Source: Thermodesulfobacteriota bacterium (GTDB lineage Bacteria > Desulfobacterota > Desulfobacteria > Desulfobacterales > C00003060). Taken from it: a stretch of DNA of 29,641 bases. Made by a program: the position numbers and the translations under genes. The stretch covers positions 45,141 through 74,781 of the forward strand of contig JAXHVD010000021.1 of assembly GCA_034189385.1 (NCBI GenBank), in the 5' to 3' direction. Positions 25,953 through 29,641 of the stretch are shown piece by piece; the first letter of the stretch is position 1, and each line of letters begins with the position of its first letter. Below the pieces are notes generated by a model. The model did not search any database and was not told the DNA's origin. It saw only the letters and a list, made by a program, of their open reading frames with translations.

Positions 25953-27062
25953 CTACATGCCTGCTGCTTGTCGTTCTTGGTCCTGCTCCTTACCATGTGT
26001 TGGTATGGTTCCGGGAGCCAAGGCCAACATACGATCAAGGGCCATGCGGGCGGCCCCGATTGTCTCTTGAGGCACGGTAATGACATTGACCTTGCCAATG
26101 TTTTCCAGGGTCCACAGCAGGTTGTTCAAATTGATCTTGAACATGTTAGGACACAAAGAACGATGGAGGTCTAGGACGGTTTTATCAGAGTGTTCATGGG
26201 CCAGTCGTTGAACAAGGTTGATCTCTGTACCAATAATAATGGTTGTGCCCGGGGGGGCATTTTCTACATACTTCACGATGAAGCTGGTGGAGCCCACGGC
26301 ATCGGCCAGAGCCACCACCTCCTGGGTGCATTCCGGGTGGACCACAATCCTGGCGCTTGGAAACCTCTTGCGCATTTTCCAGATATGTTCTGCCTGAAAC
26401 CGCGTGTGGACCAGACAATACCCATCCCAGAGAATGACTCTGGCCTTTTCAATCCTCTCCCGGGTGTTACCCCCCAAAGGTTTGTGGGGATTCCAAACAA
26501 TCATCTCTTCGGCTGGAATCCCCATCTCATTTCCTGTATTGCGACCGAGGTGCTGATCTGGAAAAAACAGGACCTTCTCTCGTTCTCCAAAGGCCCAGCC
26601 AAAGGCTGCCGATGCATTGGATGACGTACAGACGGCCCCCCCAAGGCGGCCACAAAAGGCCTTCAGATCGGCATCAGAGTTCATGTAGACAATGGGCATG
26701 ACCGATTCCCCACTAATAAGAGACGTGAGTTCGTGCCAGGCCCTTTCAACAATATAGATGTCTGCCATGTCAGCCATCCAGCAGCCTGCCTCAAGGGCGG
26801 GGATCTGAACGGTCTGATGGGGCTGCGCAAGAATGGCAGCACTCTCTGCCATGAAATGGACCCCGCAAAAGACGATGAACTGGGCGGCTTTATGGGCGGC
26901 AGCCTTTTGTGAAAGGCCGAAGGAATCTCCTCGGAAGTCTCCCAAGTCCACGATCTCTTTTCGCTGATAGTGATGTGTCAGGATGAGGACTTCTTCTCCC
27001 AACGTCTCCTTTATCTGCAAGATCTGATCTGTGATCTGTTTAAGGTCTTCCACATTTTCCAT
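25953..27062 (-). CDS. nadA: Quinolinate synthase A
   Basis: HHYQR, GDSF.L, FCGVHFMAESA, three Fe-S Cys (AGCWMADM, GYCLVH, LCPNM), CTSSNA, FFPDQHLG, VHPEC. Confidence 0.97.
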   Translation of the reverse strand: MENVEDLKQITDQILQIKETLGEEVLILTHHYQRKEIVDLGDFRGDSFGLSQKAAAHKAAQFIVFCGVHFMAESAAILAQPHQTVQIPALEAGCWMADMADIYIVERAWHELTSLISGESVMPIVYMNSDADLKAFCGRLGGAVCTSSNASAAFGWAFGEREKVLFFPDQHLGRNTGNEMGIPAEEMIVWNPHKPLGGNTRERIEKARVILWDGYCLVHTRFQAEHIWKMRKRFPSARIVVHPECTQEVVALADAVGSTSFIVKYVENAPPGTTIIIGTEINLVQRLAHEHSDKTVLDLHRSLCPNMFKINLNNLLWTLENIGKVNVITVPQETIGAARMALDRMLALAPGTIPTHGKEQDQERQAAGM

Positions 27063-27195
27063 TGGGTTTTTGATCCTCCCACTCGACTCCGCGCTCGAGC
27101 ATGCAACAGACTTTTTCTACGGGGTTTTCCGTCATGCTTTTGCCATTACTGATGACAATGAAGACGTCCATTCTTCAACGCTTCAGAACCCGCCA

Positions 27196-27750
27196 CTAGT
27201 ATAGACTGCAAGTGAACTCGTCACATTCCCGCTCTGCCAACACATCAAAGGTGTAGAGGATCCTTTGTTCCTTCTCCAGTCTCTCTTCAGGGATTCTCGC
27301 AAGGGTCAATGTCTCCATTTTCTTCAGGGCCTCCTCCTTGGAGGGGATGGATTGAAGGTCCTCACCAATGACACTGCCGGATTCGGTTTCCAGGACTTCG
27401 GCATCCTTTCCGTTTGTCACCACGGCAAAAGGAACTGCGTAACTTTCAACAAGCCTCGCTGCGGCCAGCGTAGAGCGCTCGCGGCTGACGAGTGAGCCCG
27501 GGCCAAAGATGACGATAGCAAAGGCCTTGTCGGCAACCCTGACGACAAAGTCCACCATCGAGGTCGCTCTGTTTCCATCCACATTCAGCTGTATTTCTTT
27601 GCGGACCTCTATATCCCTTTTTGAATAGCCCTTTTGGTCCACAAGGAATCGCGCAGTGTTTTGTCTTGCCCGTTCGTCATCGGTGTCGACAATTTCTTTT
27701 CCAGTGATGTAGTCAGTGGTTTTGCCCAAGATCAAGTGATGTGCCGCCAC
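27196..27750 (-). CDS. Stand-alone HsdR-N-terminal-like (PD-(D/E)xK-fold) protein
   Basis: DYITG...DTDDERARQ...LV..KGY....I, VDFVV, LAAARL, FAVVTNG. GTG 27750 follows GGGAGGA. Confidence 0.7.
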   Translation of the reverse strand: MAAHHLILGKTTDYITGKEIVDTDDERARQNTARFLVDQKGYSKRDIEVRKEIQLNVDGNRATSMVDFVVRVADKAFAIVIFGPGSLVSRERSTLAAARLVESYAVPFAVVTNGKDAEVLETESGSVIGEDLQSIPSKEEALKKMETLTLARIPEERLEKEQRILYTFDVLAERECDEFTCSLY

Positions 27751-27820
27751 AGTGTCCTCCCTTCCATCATGATGGTTAGCCAAGCTCCGAAATTTGCGCA
27801 ACATTTTTTTGGCGAAATAA

Positions 27821-28234
27821 TTACGTCCCCTTCCCCTTGTTTAGGAGGTCCGATAGGGTGATGGAATCCAGCTTATCGCACATGGCTGCTGTTGCAACTT
27901 CCCAGATGTCACGAGTCACACAGGTATCAGATCGATCACACACGTCAGGATTCTCAATGCAATCGGACAGACTGATTCCCCCTTCCAGTATCCTGACAAT
28001 CTCTCCAATAGTAATGTCGCCGGGCGGTTTCGCCAGCATGTGGCCTCCTTTTGGTCCACGGACACTCCTGATGTAGCCACTCTTCTTCAAAGGAATAATG
28101 AGCTGTTCAAGATACTTCAAGGAAATACCCTGACGCTTTGAGATGTCACCTATGTGCACCGGGCCTCCATCATCATACTGGGCCAAGTCCAGCATCATTC
28201 TCGTTCCATACCGACTTCTTGTTGATAGTTTCAT
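27821..28234 (-). CDS. Rrf2-family regulator, IscR/CymR-like
   Basis: MKLSTRSRYG, ISLKYLEQL, SVRGPKGGH, ITIGEIVRILEG, C-x6-C-x5-C. Confidence 0.93.
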   Translation of the reverse strand: MKLSTRSRYGTRMMLDLAQYDDGGPVHIGDISKRQGISLKYLEQLIIPLKKSGYIRSVRGPKGGHMLAKPPGDITIGEIVRILEGGISLSDCIENPDVCDRSDTCVTRDIWEVATAAMCDKLDSITLSDLLNKGKGT

Positions 28235-28392
28235 AGAGAATCCATTCCTATCCGTTGACGTGATTTGCCCCAGTTTTTCTTGAAAGGTCCTCCAAGTTAA
28301 GGCTTTGGCATGACCCTACAACCTACAAAGAATCTCACATTCCCGAGCATTGTGCGCCCAATGACTCCCAGAACAGGTCCCCAATGCCGATC

Positions 28393-28656
28393 CTACCCTC
28401 CGCAAATAGGGATGATGAATGCGATTTCATCATCTTTGTTCAAAGAGAGTTGATCCCACTGATCCATCCCTGTATTCGTGAGTTTATTGTTGACAAACAC
28501 GGAAAGCAGGCGGCAATCGTCACCTACTACCTTGAGTCCGGGATGCTTTTTGAACAGACGATCCATCGTCTCGCTGAGGGTATTTCCCTCCAGGAGAACT
28601 TCTCGCTGATTGTTGCAGTGGATACGAAGTGGAAAGGGTATAATGACCGTAGGCAT
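28393..28656 (-). CDS. MoaD/ThiS-family ubiquitin-like sulfur carrier
   Basis: 87 aa beta-grasp pattern: VIIP..LR, TL.E....L...HPGL, VFVN, L...DEI..I.PICGG C-terminus. Confidence 0.85.
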   Translation of the reverse strand: MPTVIIPFPLRIHCNNQREVLLEGNTLSETMDRLFKKHPGLKVVGDDCRLLSVFVNNKLTNTGMDQWDQLSLNKDDEIAFIIPICGG

Positions 28657-28693
28657 TGTCTATCCTTGTGTGTGCTCTTCTGTTTTGTGGTTC

Positions 28694-28714
28694 TGACGTG
28701 AGACCCCCACGTCA
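28694..28714. promoter_or_regulatory. Perfect inverted repeat TGACGTG-N7-CACGTCA upstream of the sulfur-carrier gene
   Basis: Read directly, about 40 nt upstream of the ATG at 28656. Confidence 0.35.
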
Positions 28715-28873
28715 ACACACGTGTCGTAGGGCCTCGTCATCATGCCAACGTCTGGCATCTTGTAACCGGATCATAGGCCCATGGTGGCCACGTTGTCCAG
28801 AAACCAGTCTCCAGAATCAGTGAGTCCACTCCAAGAGCAGCCGAAAAGAGACTGTTCGTCTTCATCGCAACCA

Positions 28874-29641
28874 TCATGTTAGGGTTTCGAGCACGTCTCT
28901 TAGGGCCAAAGGGATACATTTTACGATATCTCCTACCTGAGTGGCAGGGGTGGGGCGGGGATAGCTCTCCCGTCCTTCTGTTCACCCTGGCCGCTATTCG
29001 ACAGGCCTCAAGAGGCGATTTTCCCGCATAGATTAGTCCGCTGATTGTTCCGGTGATCATGTCGCCCGTTCCACCAATCGGCTCCATTTCCTCAATACAT
29101 GGTTGTGAGACTGTCTCGAGTATTTCTCCATCCTGACAGATGTAATCGACGTGACCCTTGACAAAAAGGGTACGGGCGGCATTTTTCTCTTTATAGGCCC
29201 TTCGGATCAACTCCGGGACATCATCCTCCAAATGAAAGATAAACCCCCGGGTGTAGGTGGGGTGCGCTGCCTTTTCATCGGCCAAATATGCCACTTCCCC
29301 CACGTCGGGCGTAAATACGTCATAGGAAGTGGCGTCCCCACCGGCCTTGGCAACATACATGGAGCCGGCGTCAGCAATCAGGATCGGTCTTGTTTCAAGG
29401 GTGTCTATTGCTTTGAGGACCTCCTTGTTCTTCTTCATATCAGGCATGATGTAGTTGAAGGTCATGACGCTCACGTCCATTTTCGAGAGGTTTCCCGTGA
29501 GGTAGTCGTAGATCTTCATACTCCCGTCCCTGGTACCCATGTCCCCTGCCACAAGCCCCATGGGCATTTCCAGCCCAAGTTCCTGACAGATGATGCAAAC
29601 GACGCTCATCATGGTCGCTGTCCCCCTGTCAAGATCTAATT
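28874..29641 (-). CDS. Ribokinase-like / YjeF-C (NAD(P)HX dehydratase-like) family protein; 5' end outside the window, apparent +1 frameshift near the 3' end
   Basis: GDMG..DGS..IY.YL, LIADAG.MY.AK, FTPDVGE.AYLADE.A.HP.YTRGF, VKG..D, MEPIGGTGD. The frame is open to the window edge (LDLDRGTATMM...). The expected tail PTPATQVGDIVKCIPLALRDVL lies in a different frame after the G-run at 28957-28960. Confidence 0.75.

Noticed and set aside
25922..26098. Long N-terminal extension of the TolC-like ORF
   Set aside because: It overlaps nadA; the SD and signal peptide point to ATG 25921.
27063..27195. NAD+ riboswitch upstream of nadA
   Set aside because: I could not recognise a conserved aptamer or tandem structure; an Rfam/Infernal scan would be needed to exclude it.
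27196..27804. Type I restriction-modification or defence system
   Set aside because: Only a short HsdR-N-like domain is present, with no motor, methylase or specificity genes.

Overview
Gene-dense chromosomal window from an anaerobic bacterium; the gene content suggests Desulfobacterota (Desulfobacterales-like), which is an inference. From left to right: (1) the 5' part of a large secreted repeat protein that is missing from the ORF track, preceded by an AT-rich promoter region; (2) a minus-strand run surE - small ORF / double-hairpin REP- or MITE-like element - yhaM-like - tmk - dsbD; (3) plus-strand hemW, kdsD, a DHDPS-fold protein lacking its catalytic residues, bifunctional FBP aldolase/phosphatase, an M24 peptidase and a PPi-type phosphofructokinase; (4) a minus-strand cluster of HU, an IHF-beta-like protein and an uncharacterised, very basic coiled-coil/linker/winged-helix protein, which is the best candidate for a new nucleoid-associated or silencer protein; (5) an unlisted 51-aa membrane protein; (6) an Rrf2 - Cys-rich HD hydrolase - Fe-S protein - small assimilatory-type sulfite reductase operon; (7) a minus-strand run of a frameshifted carbohydrate-kinase-fold gene, ThiS/MoaD-like carrier, Rrf2, stand-alone HsdR-N-like gene, nadA and a cusCBA + DUF3347 copper-efflux cassette. 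No rRNA, tRNA, CRISPR array or intact transposase was recognised. All family calls come from motif recognition, not database searches.
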